Shown here: piece after piece, positions 25,662-35,468 of the stretch
Layout of the letters: every line of letters begins with the position of its first letter
Numbering within the stretch: the stretch's first letter is position 1
NCBI GenBank assembly: GCA_043734305.1
Contig: JAYTFO010000255.1
Location: 1-51,763, forward strand
DNA from: Acidobacteriota bacterium
GTDB lineage: Bacteria; Acidobacteriota; Terriglobia; Terriglobales; Acidobacteriaceae
Direction: 5' to 3'
Length of the DNA: 51,763 bases
Notes under the pieces: model-generated
The model's database searches: none
What the model was told of the DNA's origin: nothing
The model's input: the letters and a program-made list of their open reading frames with translations, nothing else
Program-made: the position numbers and the translations under genes

Positions 25662-27161
25662 TCATCCCGCCATCGCGTACAAGAATTCCACATACGACCG
25701 CACCGCCCCGTCCATCCCCTGCACCTTGGGGTTGGTGGAGTCGATGAGAAAATATTCATTCGGGGCGTGAGCGCCATTTCCGTGGCCAAGTCCGAAGCCG
25801 CCTGCGGGCAGGTGCAGAGGATCGCCGGTGAAAACGTATCCTGGCCAGGAGCCGGCGCTGCGCGGCATCACGATGGGATCGATCCCCGCTCGCCGATAGA
25901 CTTCCAGTTCTTTTTTGATAATCGGCGCATCGGGCGACGTGCTGTTTGGATCGTATCCGCCCGTCATGTTCACTTCGATGTCGCCATATCCTTGCTTAGC
26001 GAGATGCGCTTTCAGCGAGGCCAAAGCATCGGCGGCGGTCATGTCGGGCACTAATCGCAAATCGATCTTTGCGACCGCCCGATGTGGAAGAATCGTCTTG
26101 CCGCCGGGCCCGGTGTAACCTCCCACCAGCCCTTCGATGTTCACGGTCGGCCGCGACATCAGCAGTTCCAAAGACTCGCGCCAGCCAACATCGCCGACCC
26201 AATGCTTCACGCCCATCTGCTTCATCGCGGTCGCTTCGTCCAGACGCTTCGACGCAACTTCGATCATCGCCTTTTCGGTTGCGGACAGCGGCCGCGCTTT
26301 GTCGGCGAAGCCGGGAATCGCCGGTGTGTTGCCGTCGGCCGAGACCAGCGTGTTCAGAGCGTGCACCAGATGCCAGGCGGGACTATCCACGCGCGCCTTT
26401 TCGCTGGAGTGAAGATCGGCGGCCGGACCTCGTCCCCAGCGCTCGCCGCTCGAAACCAGTTCGAGTTCGACTACGCCCTTGGCGCCAAGCTCCACGACGA
26501 TGCTGCCGTCGAGATCCTGCGCGGCGTCGGGCAGAAAAATTCCTTCGGACTTCTTGAGCGCCGCAATCACCTCGGGCCGGCGCACGATCTGCGGAAAGTG
26601 CGGCGACCCGATTTCTTCTTCCCCTTCAGCGATCAGCACAAAGTTGACCGGCATCTTTCGTCCCGCGCCGCGGATCGCGTGCAACGCAGCGAGAAAAGTC
26701 GCCTCGGGCCCTTTCTGATTCACCGCGCCGCGTCCGACGACGACTTTGCCGACACCGGGCTTATCCACCAGCGCGGCATCCCACGGCGGCGACGACCACT
26801 CCGCCGGGTTCACCTGCTTCACGTCGTACATGAAATAAACGCCCAGCGTTTTCGGAGCTCCCGCGTCGAGCGTCGCAAAGATGCCGGGCTGTCCGTCGGT
26901 AGGAATCTTGTTCACCGACTGGAAGCCGGCATCGCGAAGCATCTGCATGGTGAGCTCGCAACCTTCGTTGACCTCGCGATTCTCAGCGGCAATCGAAGGC
27001 TGGCGAATCCAGGTTTGCAGGCGTTTGACGGCCTCGTCGTGACGTTTTTCGATTTCTTTGAAAACCGGGTCAAGATCAGAGGAAGCGGCGGTTGAGAGTT
27101 TGGGCGACGATAAAGCCGCGGCAGTCGCAGCAGCACCTGCGAGAAAAGTTCTGCGGTCCAT
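25662..27161 (-). CDS. M20-family metallopeptidase (dipeptidase-like) with a Tat signal
   Basis: Twin-arginine leader MDRRTFLAGAAATAAAL; M20 blocks (YFMYDV, GRGAVNQKGP, AEGEEEIGS, C-terminal GLGHGNGAHAPNEY). Confidence 0.85.
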   Translation of the reverse strand: MDRRTFLAGAAATAAALSSPKLSTAASSDLDPVFKEIEKRHDEAVKRLQTWIRQPSIAAENREVNEGCELTMQMLRDAGFQSVNKIPTDGQPGIFATLDAGAPKTLGVYFMYDVKQVNPAEWSSPPWDAALVDKPGVGKVVVGRGAVNQKGPEATFLAALHAIRGAGRKMPVNFVLIAEGEEEIGSPHFPQIVRRPEVIAALKKSEGIFLPDAAQDLDGSIVVELGAKGVVELELVSSGERWGRGPAADLHSSEKARVDSPAWHLVHALNTLVSADGNTPAIPGFADKARPLSATEKAMIEVASKRLDEATAMKQMGVKHWVGDVGWRESLELLMSRPTVNIEGLVGGYTGPGGKTILPHRAVAKIDLRLVPDMTAADALASLKAHLAKQGYGDIEVNMTGGYDPNSTSPDAPIIKKELEVYRRAGIDPIVMPRSAGSWPGYVFTGDPLHLPAGGFGLGHGNGAHAPNEYFLIDSTNPKVQGMDGAVRSYVEFLYAMAG

Positions 27162-27401
27162 GGCGAGGAGAGTATCGCGAAGGCGCAGAGGTTGTCCAAC
27201 GCTCGTCGAACCTCGAATCCGTGTCTGGTTTCTAGTCGAACTCTTATTGCTTCAGATGAGCGTGTATACTGCACCGGCAATTCTAAATGCGTTTGGATCG
27301 GGGAGGATTTCTACGCAGCTTAGGACAACGATCAATAGAGTCGATGTCGAGATTGATCTGCCAGCGGTTGGCGAGGAAGTTCACTCTGAACCTCTCGGCT
27401 C

Positions 27402-28085
27402 TTGCGTGCCAGATTGAGTGATCCAAACGTAAAGAATCGCGAAGCTATATGCGAGTGCTTCCTGTATGCGCTGCGAAGCTGTCCAGGAGCAAATGCCAGC
27501 GATCTGTGGCATCACGTCGTCTATCGGTTGTATTGCGAAATTTTGCCGGAATTCCGAAACCAAGATCCGAAACAGAGCTGGGTGCGGGCTTCCGGTGATG
27601 CATTGGAGGCTGCCGTGGAAAGAATCTACTCGCCAGCCCTCTCTCCTCACAACATTACAATCACTGCGTTGCTCAGCCGCCAAGGTACGAAAGCTGTTTT
27701 GAAAGAGATCGGACTGGAGAACAAGGTTGGTGATTCGAAGCTTGATATGGTTCTACGAGTCCACGTCGCCGAACAAGTGTGGGCTATCTTCGGAGGGGTA
27801 CACGTAAAGGCAAGCCTGGCGGAACGCGTGTCCGACGATATTCCTTGCAGCAGAGCGATGATGGGGGCGGGTTACTTTTCGCCCCTCTGGACCTTGGATG
27901 TGAAGTCGTTTCCACCGTCGGGAGACCTAGTCAACCGAGGAGAACTCGGCTCGCCGACTCAGCCGAGCGATAAGCGCAAGTATGTCGAGATCCATGGAGA
28001 TTTTGATCACTGCTACAGTGCGAACGCACGGACGGTGCCATCGGCTGGACAAACGCAATCCGGCAAGCGCATCTTTAAGCCTTGA
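27402..28085 (+). CDS. Candidate type II restriction endonuclease (PD-(D/E)xK; resembles the NgoMIV/Cfr10I group)
   Basis: Convergent with a DNA methyltransferase, in a lower-GC islet. Motifs SGDALEAAV (Glu ~69), KLDMVL and GGVHVKASLAER resemble, from memory, the E...D...(S/x)xK-x-S-x-R layout of NgoMIV/Cfr10I-type enzymes. Only TTG starts are available (27402 or 27414) and there is no SD. Confidence 0.5.
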   Translation: MRARLSDPNVKNREAICECFLYALRSCPGANASDLWHHVVYRLYCEILPEFRNQDPKQSWVRASGDALEAAVERIYSPALSPHNITITALLSRQGTKAVLKEIGLENKVGDSKLDMVLRVHVAEQVWAIFGGVHVKASLAERVSDDIPCSRAMMGAGYFSPLWTLDVKSFPPSGDLVNRGELGSPTQPSDKRKYVEIHGDFDHCYSANARTVPSAGQTQSGKRIFKP

Positions 28086-28173
28086 GTTGCTCAATCAGCC
28101 CGACCCATTCGCGGTCGAGGCGATTCGAAGGGCTGCTCAGTGGCTTCAGTCACTTCGAAGGGAGTAACGTCCG

Positions 28174-29079
28174 CTAGCCGAATAGTTTCTCTTGAGCAGA
28201 GTCTTTGCCGAATACGTATTCCCGTGCAATCTGGCACATGGTAGCGTCAAGCTCGAATCCCAAGAAGTCTTGGTCGAGCATCCGCGCAGCCTTTGCGGTC
28301 GTACCACTCCCCATGAATGGGTCAAATATGACTCCCCGTTTCTCCAGACCGCTTGCCTTGATGCATTGGAGCGGCAGATCCAGGGGAAACGTCGAGCAAT
28401 GTGAAGTAAGGTTTGGGGTTTGAACGAGCTTGAAAACGGACCCGACCGGCGGTTTCAGTCTGAACGAGTGACGCTCATTCTTGGCGAAAATGTAGATACC
28501 CTCGTGTCTCCTGTGGGGTCGCCTGCACAGGCCCTCGGGCATCGGGCGCGATTTTTCCCAGATTACCTCGCCTCGGAATAAGAACCCGCGATCACACATG
28601 GCAATCACGATTCGATATGGAATTGCCAGGAGATTCCCGTATTTGAGCCAGCCCACATCCTCGTTTACAAAGGCACGCCGACGACCGCGATTCTTCGTGT
28701 ATGCAGAATTCTCAGGCGAGAGACCCGTGCCATCTTTGCCCAACGAACTATACACATAGTCGTCCTCTCTCCAGTTGATGGGAGTGTTGTAGCTATCCCC
28801 AATGTTAAGCCAAAGCGTACCCGAGGGCTTCAGACACCTCATGGTTTCTCCCAAAATGGTCGCCAAATTCCCGATATAGTCGCGCGGGTCAGGTTCTGAC
28901 CCAAGGCCGACACTTCCCCTCTGTCCCCAGTAGGGGGGTGACGTGACCGCGACGTCAAAACTGTCATCTGGAATTTGTCGGAGACCATGAAGAGAGTCTT
29001 CATTGTGAACGGTGTTAAGGACCCAAGGCCCAAGGCGACGAACATCAACCACTTCTGGTGTAGTTTCCAAGGAGGCCAT
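28174..29079 (-). CDS. DNA methyltransferase, beta-class N4-cytosine/N6-adenine family (SPPY motif)
   Basis: Motif IV DVAVTSPPYW precedes motif I VIFDPFMGSGTT (beta-class order). An SPPY tetrapeptide is more typical of m4C enzymes. Confidence 0.88.
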   Translation of the reverse strand: MASLETTPEVVDVRRLGPWVLNTVHNEDSLHGLRQIPDDSFDVAVTSPPYWGQRGSVGLGSEPDPRDYIGNLATILGETMRCLKPSGTLWLNIGDSYNTPINWREDDYVYSSLGKDGTGLSPENSAYTKNRGRRRAFVNEDVGWLKYGNLLAIPYRIVIAMCDRGFLFRGEVIWEKSRPMPEGLCRRPHRRHEGIYIFAKNERHSFRLKPPVGSVFKLVQTPNLTSHCSTFPLDLPLQCIKASGLEKRGVIFDPFMGSGTTAKAARMLDQDFLGFELDATMCQIAREYVFGKDSAQEKLFG

Positions 29080-29190
29080 AGCAGTGAAATCAACAGCAAG
29101 TGTAACGCCTTACGCAGAGCAAATCAGAACTTAAGAACGTGTCTATCCCAATCGTCCTTTTTCCCGTTGGTGCCCGCAGTAGTTACATCG

Positions 29191-29220
29191 TTGCTTGACA
29201 CCCCGCACCTAGAATACAAT
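29191..29220 (+). promoter_or_regulatory. Candidate ilvC promoter
   Basis: TTGCTT (29191-29196), 18 nt, TACAAT (29215-29220), ~70 nt upstream of the GTG start. An overlapping TTGACA has only a 14-nt spacer. Confidence 0.35.
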
Positions 29221-29290
29221 GGCATTGCAAACAAACCGGCCGGTCGGTCAGTTCGTCTGCCTGCATCCATAAATCTTAAGGAGCTTTCCC

Positions 29291-30340
29291 GTGGCCACAG
29301 TCTTCTATCAGAATGATGCCAACCCCTCCGCCCTCAAGGGCAAAACGATTGCTGTGTTCGGCTACGGCTCCCAGGGACACGCTCAGGCGCAGAACCTTCG
29401 CGACAGCGGATACGACGTCATCATCGGGCTCGATCCTGAGCGCGGTTCGGCTGCGCAGGCGCGCGCCGACGGCATGACAGTGGTCGCTCCCGCGGAAGCG
29501 GCCAAGCGCGCTGACTGGATTCAGATTCTCACTCCTGACGAAACTCAGGCTGACTTCTACGAGTCGGCGATCAAGCCGCATTTGACCAAGGGGAAAATTC
29601 TCGGCTTCTCGCATGGCTTCAGCATTCATTTCAAGACGATCGAGCCGCCGAAAGATGTGGACGTGGTCATGATCGCGCCGAAGAGTCCGGGACATCTGCT
29701 ACGCCGAGTGTATGCGCAGGGCGGCGGAGTGCCGTCGCTGCTGGCGATTCATCAGGACGCCAGCGGACGCGCTCACGAATTCGCACTCAGCTACGCGCAC
29801 GGTATCGGTTCGACCCGCGCGGGCGTCCTCCAGACAACTTTCAAAGAAGAAACAGAAAGCGATCTATTCGGCGAGCAGGCCGTGCTTTGTGGCGGACTGA
29901 CTTCGCTCATCAAGAAAGGTTTTGAGACGCTGGTCGAAGCCGGCTACGCGCCGGAGATCGCCTACTTCGAATGCTGCCACGAGATGAAGTTAATCGTTGA
30001 CCTGATCTACGAAGGCGGCCTGAGCCGCATGCGTTACTCGATCTCAAACACCGCCGAATACGGCGACCTGACTCGCGGCGGCGTTGTTGTCAACGACGAG
30101 GCGAAAGTCGAGATGAAGAAGATCCTGGCGCGCATTCAGGATGGCAGCTTCGCCAGAGAGTGGATTGAAGAGAACAAAAAAGGCGGCAAGAATTTTGCCG
30201 CGCTGCGTGAAAAAGAAAAGCAGCACCCCATCGAGAAAGTCGGCGAGCAATTGCGGGCGATGATGTCCTGGCTGCCGACCGAGAAGAAGAAAGCCGGCGA
30301 AACGGCCAAGGAAGAAGGGCCGCGAGCCGTTAATGAGTAG
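29291..30340 (+). CDS. ilvC: Ketol-acid reductoisomerase
   Basis: GTG start with SD AAGGAG; [17 protein letters not shown] Rossmann motif; class I length plus a short Lys/Glu-rich tail. Confidence 0.95.
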   Translation: MATVFYQNDANPSALKGKTIAVFGYGSQGHAQAQNLRDSGYDVIIGLDPERGSAAQARADGMTVVAPAEAAKRADWIQILTPDETQADFYESAIKPHLTKGKILGFSHGFSIHFKTIEPPKDVDVVMIAPKSPGHLLRRVYAQGGGVPSLLAIHQDASGRAHEFALSYAHGIGSTRAGVLQTTFKEETESDLFGEQAVLCGGLTSLIKKGFETLVEAGYAPEIAYFECCHEMKLIVDLIYEGGLSRMRYSISNTAEYGDLTRGGVVVNDEAKVEMKKILARIQDGSFAREWIEENKKGGKNFAALREKEKQHPIEKVGEQLRAMMSWLPTEKKKAGETAKEEGPRAVNE

Positions 30341-30366
30341 AGGCCTGCCGTCCGGCGGGGCCTTTT
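30341..30366 (+). terminator. Rho-independent terminator after ilvC
   Basis: AGGCCTGCC / GGCGGGGCCT stem (9 bp with one bulge), GTCC loop, followed by TTTT. Confidence 0.6.
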
Positions 30367-30390
30367 GCCTACCATGCAAATCTGCGTTAT

Positions 30391-30404
30391 GTTCCACGTG
30401 GAAC
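30391..30404. promoter_or_regulatory. Perfect 14-bp palindrome GTTCCACGTGGAAC
   Basis: Seen directly in the AT-richer gap upstream of the GloVer-repeat gene. Confidence 0.35.
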
Positions 30405-30496
30405 GTTTGTACTGGCTATCATGTATGTACGTAAGTGTGTGGATACTGGCGGTAAGACTAAGAATGCACTTGGGTTTCGGGGTACGTCCCGTCTGT

Positions 30497-30537
30497 CCCC
30501 GAATTATCGTGTCCCCGAATTATCCCGAATTATCCCC
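30497..30537 (+). repeat. Three direct copies of CC(CC)GAATTATC
   Basis: Copies at 30497-30508, 30513-30524 and 30525-34. Located ~100 nt upstream of the ATG at 30631. Confidence 0.7.
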
Positions 30538-30630
30538 TTCTTTGTGCTTGCTTCGTATAACCACGTAAGCCGATAATGTTACGCCCTAACGTGCGAGATG
30601 TTAGTTCCACCTCTGATAAGGAGTGAAATC

Positions 30631-31824
30631 ATGCACAAATCGATTGCTTGCTTGGTTGTTGCGCTGGCGGTTGCTGTGACCCAGTCCACGCGGGCAGAAA
30701 CGCTCACCACGCTCTATACGTTTAGCGGAGGAGTGGATGGAGCTTACCCTCAAGCTGGCTTGGTCCTCGACACACAGGGCAATCTCTACGGCACGGCATA
30801 CGGAGGCGGCAGTGTTTCCTGCACTGGCGGCTGCGGGCTGGTATTCGAGATAACCCCGACCGGCTCAGAGAAGGTGCTCCACAGTTTCCTGGGAGGAGCG
30901 GACGGGGCGAACCCCGGAGCGGCATTGATCAGGGACTCGCAGGGGAACCTCTATGGCACAACGTACTACGGGGGCAGTTATGGCTACGGCACCGTGTTTG
31001 AGCTGACTCCGACCGGAGTGGAGACGGTGCTTCACGCCTTTACCGGGGGAACGGACGGAGGATTTCCGAACGGCGGTTTGGTAATGGATAAGCAGGGCCA
31101 CTTCTATGGTACGACCACGTTTGGGGGTCTTCCCAACACCGAGGGTGGGGTGGTATTTGAGATGACTCCGGACGGCACTGAGACCGTACTTTACAGCTTC
31201 GGTGCAACGAACGGAGATGGTGTAACCCCGCAGGCAGGCCTAATCTTAGACGCGCAGGGCAATCTTTATGGCACGACCCTCTACACCGGCACCTACCGGG
31301 ACTGCTGCGGAACAGTGTTTAAAGTAACTCCAACAGGCGTCGCGACAGTCCTCCACACCTTCACGAATTATCCAGACGGTGCTTTTCCCTGGTCAAGCTT
31401 GGTCTTCGATACGCAGGGCAATCTATATGGCACGACGTACGGAGGGGGCAGTTATGGCTATGGGACGGTGTTCGAGATAACCCAACTCGGGACAGAGATG
31501 GTAATTTACAGCTTCAAGCTTCCGCGTTTTTCTTCGACTAATTCTCACAAGCGAGGGGACGGGGCCAATCCGGTTGCGGGTCTAGTCTTCGATACGCAGG
31601 GCAATCTCTACGGCACAACGAAGGCGGGCGGAGTCTTCTCCCGATACTGCATCGCATGTGGGACGATATTCAAGATAACTCCGACCGGCTCAGAGACTGT
31701 GCTGTACGGGTTCACTGGAGGTGCGGACGGGGCGTATCCGTACTCCAGCCTAGTCTTCGACACCCAGGGCAATCTCTACGGCACAACCTCCGACGAGAGC
31801 GAGCCGCTTTCCCCCCGCGTTTGA
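30631..31824 (+). CDS. GloVer (Gloeo_Verruco) tandem-repeat protein, secreted, without a recognisable C-terminal anchor
   Basis: Signal peptide MHKSIACLVVALAVAVTQSTRA, then ~7 repeats of ...GGxxGxGTVFExTPTGxETVLxSFxGGxDGAxPxxxLxxDxQGNLYGTT.... SD AAGGAG. The ORF ends right after a GNLYGTT block. Confidence 0.78.
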   Translation: MHKSIACLVVALAVAVTQSTRAETLTTLYTFSGGVDGAYPQAGLVLDTQGNLYGTAYGGGSVSCTGGCGLVFEITPTGSEKVLHSFLGGADGANPGAALIRDSQGNLYGTTYYGGSYGYGTVFELTPTGVETVLHAFTGGTDGGFPNGGLVMDKQGHFYGTTTFGGLPNTEGGVVFEMTPDGTETVLYSFGATNGDGVTPQAGLILDAQGNLYGTTLYTGTYRDCCGTVFKVTPTGVATVLHTFTNYPDGAFPWSSLVFDTQGNLYGTTYGGGSYGYGTVFEITQLGTEMVIYSFKLPRFSSTNSHKRGDGANPVAGLVFDTQGNLYGTTKAGGVFSRYCIACGTIFKITPTGSETVLYGFTGGADGAYPYSSLVFDTQGNLYGTTSDESEPLSPRV

Positions 31825-31872
31825 CCCACTTTCCAGATTTCCAGCTACACTATTCTGTTCCTCCGTACCCCC

Positions 31873-33543
31873 ATGGACCTCAAACATCGCAGTCGCAATA
31901 TCACTGATGGGCGCGACCGGGCTCCGGCTCGCGCTATGTACAAGGGCGTCGGCTTTACGGACGCCGATCTTGCGAAGCCGCTCATCGCGGTTGCCAATAC
32001 GTGGATCGAAACCATGCCCTGCAACTTTCATCTGCGGCGGCTTTCGGCGAAGGTGAAGGAAGGGATTAGGGCGGCGGGTGGGACTCCGATGGAGTTCAAT
32101 ACGATTGCCATCTCTGACGGCGAGACGATGGGCACGGAAGGGATGCGGGCGTCGTTGGTGAGTCGCGAGGTGATTGCCGACTCGATCGAACTCGTTTGCC
32201 GCGGGCAAATGTTCGACGCAGCGGTTTGCGTGGTTGGTTGCGACAAGACGATTCCGGCGGCGGCGATGGCGTTGGCGCGGATGAATCTGCCGGGGATGGT
32301 GCTGTACGGCGGAACGATTGCCGCGGGAAAGTACAACGGCAAAGACGTCACAATTCAGGATGTGTTTGAAGCGGTGGGCGCAAATGCGGCGGGCAAGATG
32401 AGCGACGCGGATCTGCTGGCGCTGGAAAATGTTGCTTGTCCGGGAGCGGGCGCGTGCGGCGGGCAATACACGGCCAACACGATGAGCACGGTGATGGAAT
32501 TGATCGGGCTCTCGCCGATGGGGTTCAACGGCGTGCCTGCAATGGATCCGCGCAAAGACGACATCGCGTTCCGCTGCGGCGAAGTTGTCATGAATCTTTT
32601 GAAGCTCGGGATTCGTCCCAGCGATATTTTGACGCATGCGGCATTTGAAAATGCGATTGCGGGCGTGGCAACGACCGGCGGCTCGACGAATGCGGTGCTT
32701 CATCTGCTCGCGATTTCGCGCGAAATAGGCCTGCCGCTCCAGATCGACGATTTTCAGCGCGTCAGTGAACGCACGCCTCTGCTGGCCGATCTGAAGCCTG
32801 CCGGAAAATATGTGGCGGCCGATGTGGACGCTGCCGGAGGCATCACGCTCATCGCGCAACGCTTGCTCGAAGGCAAGCATGTGAATGGCTCGGCGATGAC
32901 GGTGACAGGAAAAACATTCGCCGAGGAAGCCAACGCCGCGATAGAAACTCCTGGACAGATGGTGATCGCTCCCTTGAGCAAGCCGTTGAAGACGACTGGT
33001 GGCTTGGTGATCGTGAAAGGCAACCTCGCTCCCGGTGGCGGTGTGGTGAAGATGAGCGGCCACGAACGGGGATCGCACACCGGGCCCGCGCGTGTGTTCG
33101 ATTCCGAAGAAGCGGCGATGCAGGCGGTGACCAGTAAGAAAATCAAAGCGGGAGACGTGGTGGTGATCCGCTATGAAGGTCCGAAGGGCGGACCCGGGAT
33201 GCGCGAGATGTTAAGCGTAACCGCGGCGATTGTCGGCGAAGGACTGGGGGAGAGTGTCGCACTGATTACCGACGGACGCTTTAGTGGGGCGACTCGCGGT
33301 CTGATGGTCGGCCATGTTGCTCCGGAAGCGGCGCTGGGCGGGCCGATTGCGGCGATTCGCGAAGGCGATCGCATCAACATCGATACCAAAGTCCGGAAAC
33401 TGGAACTGGAAATTTCAGACGCCGAAATTGCGCGGCGCATGGCGGAATGGAAGGCTCCGGAGCCGCGCTACAAGACCGGGGTGTTTGCGAAGTATGCGGC
33501 GCTGGTGACGTCGGCGTCAGAGGGAGCGATTACTAAGCCGTAA
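31873..33543 (+). CDS. ilvD: Dihydroxy-acid dehydratase
   Basis: 556 aa; IlvD/Edd blocks (PLIAVANTW, CDKTIPAA, GPKGGPGMREML, ALITDGRFSGAT). Confidence 0.96.
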   Translation: MDLKHRSRNITDGRDRAPARAMYKGVGFTDADLAKPLIAVANTWIETMPCNFHLRRLSAKVKEGIRAAGGTPMEFNTIAISDGETMGTEGMRASLVSREVIADSIELVCRGQMFDAAVCVVGCDKTIPAAAMALARMNLPGMVLYGGTIAAGKYNGKDVTIQDVFEAVGANAAGKMSDADLLALENVACPGAGACGGQYTANTMSTVMELIGLSPMGFNGVPAMDPRKDDIAFRCGEVVMNLLKLGIRPSDILTHAAFENAIAGVATTGGSTNAVLHLLAISREIGLPLQIDDFQRVSERTPLLADLKPAGKYVAADVDAAGGITLIAQRLLEGKHVNGSAMTVTGKTFAEEANAAIETPGQMVIAPLSKPLKTTGGLVIVKGNLAPGGGVVKMSGHERGSHTGPARVFDSEEAAMQAVTSKKIKAGDVVVIRYEGPKGGPGMREMLSVTAAIVGEGLGESVALITDGRFSGATRGLMVGHVAPEAALGGPIAAIREGDRINIDTKVRKLELEISDAEIARRMAEWKAPEPRYKTGVFAKYAALVTSASEGAITKP

Positions 33544-33547
33544 CCAC

Positions 33548-33650
33548 GATTGTGGGTCGGACACTCCTGTCCGACTGCCGACAGCACCAAACCCCGCAGC
33601 AGGATTTCCACACGCAGCATTTGTCGGACAAGAGTGTCCGACCCACAATC
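33548..33650. repeat. Palindromic repeat of the GTGGGTCGGACACTCCTGTCCGAC type
   Basis: Arms gattgtgggtcggacactcctgtccgac and gtcggacaagagtgtccgacccacaatc with a 47-nt spacer, between ilvD and sppA. Confidence 0.85.
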
Positions 33651-33692
33651 ACTCCGAGTTACACTCTTCTTCTGTTCCATAAGGAGGAAAGT

Positions 33693-35468
33693 ATGTCGAA
33701 GGCGATCGTTCGGTTCTTGGCCATCCTGGGGGCGTTGTGGCTGATCACGATGGTGATCATGATCGTGGCGGTGCTGGGCGTGAAGGGCAAAGTGTCCGAC
33801 AAGACGATTCTGGAAGCGAACTTCGAGCAGGCGTTGCCGGAGGATATTCCGGACAGCCCGACTGCCAAGTTGATGAACAGCGAGCAGGCGACGGTGCGCG
33901 ATGTGGTCGACGCCATCGACCGGGGCGCCGCGGATGACCGCGTCGTGGGCATGGTGGCGAAGATCGGCGCGGCTCCGCTGGGGATGGCGAAGGTGCAGGA
34001 GATTCGCGAAGCGGTACAACGTTTTCGCGCGCATAAGAAATTTGCCATCGCCTACGCGGAGACCTTCGGCGAGTTCGGACCGGGCAACGGCGCTTATTAT
34101 CTGGCGACTGCTTTCGATCAGATTTATTTACAGCCGTCGGGCGACATCGGATTGACCGGCATCATCATGGAGTCTCCGTTCGTAAAGGGGACGCTGGCGA
34201 AGCTGGGCGTGACGTTTCATGGCGATCATCGCTACGAATACAAGAACGCGCTCAACTCCTTGACCGAGACAAAATTTACGCCGCCGCACAAAGAGGCGAT
34301 GACGGCGATCATGACATCCTGGTTCAACCAGATGAAGGACGGCATCTGTCAGGCGCGCCAAATCGCACCGGAAAAGTTTCAATCGATCGTAGACGCGGGA
34401 CCGTATCTCGGGAAAGAGGCGCTGGACGCCAAGTTGGTGGATGGCGTCGCGTATCGCGACCAGGTCTATGACCAGGCGCGGAGTAAGGCGGGCGCGCGGG
34501 CGCAGTTCCTCTATCTGGATAAATACCTGGACCGGGCAGGGCGTCCACATGACAGCGGGAAAAAGATCGCGCTCGTGTTTGGCGTGGGCGGAGTCACGCG
34601 CGGCAAAAGCAACTATGATCCGGTGCAGGGCAGCCAGAACATGGGGTCCGACACTGTGGCCGGGGCGATCCGCGCCGCGGCCGCCGACAGCGATATTAAG
34701 GCGATTCTATTCCGCGTGGATAGTCCGGGCGGCTCCTACGTTGCGTCCGATACGATCTGGCGGGAAGTTGTGAACGCGCGCAAAGCGGGCAAACCGGTGA
34801 TTGTTTCGATGGGCGATCTGGCGGGCTCGGGCGGGTACTTCGTCGCCATGGCGGCGGACAAGATCGTTGCCCAGCCCGGAACGATCACGGCGTCCATCGG
34901 CGTGCTCGGCGGCAAGATGCTGACCTCCGGCTTGTGGGACAAAGTCGGCCTTACGTGGGACGAGGTTCATCAGGGCAGCAATGCCACCATGTTTACAGGT
35001 ACGCAGGACTACACTCCCGCGGAGTGGGCCCGGTTCGAAGCCTGGCTGGATCGTGTGTATGTGGATTTCACCGGCAAGGTTGCCGACGGGCGCAAACTGT
35101 CCCGGGAAAAAGTGCTTGAGATTGCGAAGGGGCGAATCTGGTCCGGACAGGACGCGAAAAATCTAGGACTGGTGGATGAACTCGGCGGTTTTGATACGGC
35201 TCTGAACTTGGCCAAGAAAGCGGCCGGGATCAGCGACGGCGAGGATGTAAAGATCGTGGAATATCCACGGCCGAAGACTTTCTTGCAGAGCCTGCTACAA
35301 CGTGCAGGCGCTGACAACAGCGACAAGGAAGCGGTCGGGCAGACGCTGGTGCGCGTTATGGAAACGGTGCAACCCGTGGCCCGGCAGCTGGATGCGGCGG
35401 GGATTGGTCGCAAGAATCAAGAGCAGGATGACGTTTTGAGAATGCCGCAGATGGAGGCGGGAAAGTAG
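33693..35468 (+). CDS. sppA: Signal peptide peptidase SppA, 67K type
   Basis: SD AAGGAGG precedes the ATG at 33693; N-terminal TM; two S49 peptidase halves (second half has the GDLAGSGGY serine motif). The track ORF start at 33552 runs through the repeat. Confidence 0.88.
   Translation: MSKAIVRFLAILGALWLITMVIMIVAVLGVKGKVSDKTILEANFEQALPEDIPDSPTAKLMNSEQATVRDVVDAIDRGAADDRVVGMVAKIGAAPLGMAKVQEIREAVQRFRAHKKFAIAYAETFGEFGPGNGAYYLATAFDQIYLQPSGDIGLTGIIMESPFVKGTLAKLGVTFHGDHRYEYKNALNSLTETKFTPPHKEAMTAIMTSWFNQMKDGICQARQIAPEKFQSIVDAGPYLGKEALDAKLVDGVAYRDQVYDQARSKAGARAQFLYLDKYLDRAGRPHDSGKKIALVFGVGGVTRGKSNYDPVQGSQNMGSDTVAGAIRAAAADSDIKAILFRVDSPGGSYVASDTIWREVVNARKAGKPVIVSMGDLAGSGGYFVAMAADKIVAQPGTITASIGVLGGKMLTSGLWDKVGLTWDEVHQGSNATMFTGTQDYTPAEWARFEAWLDRVYVDFTGKVADGRKLSREKVLEIAKGRIWSGQDAKNLGLVDELGGFDTALNLAKKAAGISDGEDVKIVEYPRPKTFLQSLLQRAGADNSDKEAVGQTLVRVMETVQPVARQLDAAGIGRKNQEQDDVLRMPQMEAGK

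Noticed and set aside
27256-27417. 53-codon ATG ORF overlapping the endonuclease 5' end, considered as a C (controller) protein or a frameshifted N-terminus
   Set aside because: It has no helix-turn-helix pattern. In the 27402 frame the catalytic-type Glu already sits at about residue 69, as in related enzymes, so no extra N-terminus is required. It remains a possibility only as a coupling ORF.
33552-33692. N-terminal extension of sppA in the ORF track
   Set aside because: The extension is translated through the palindromic repeat (SDKSVRPT...). A strong SD (AAGGAGG) and a signal-anchor sequence begin at ATG 33693.
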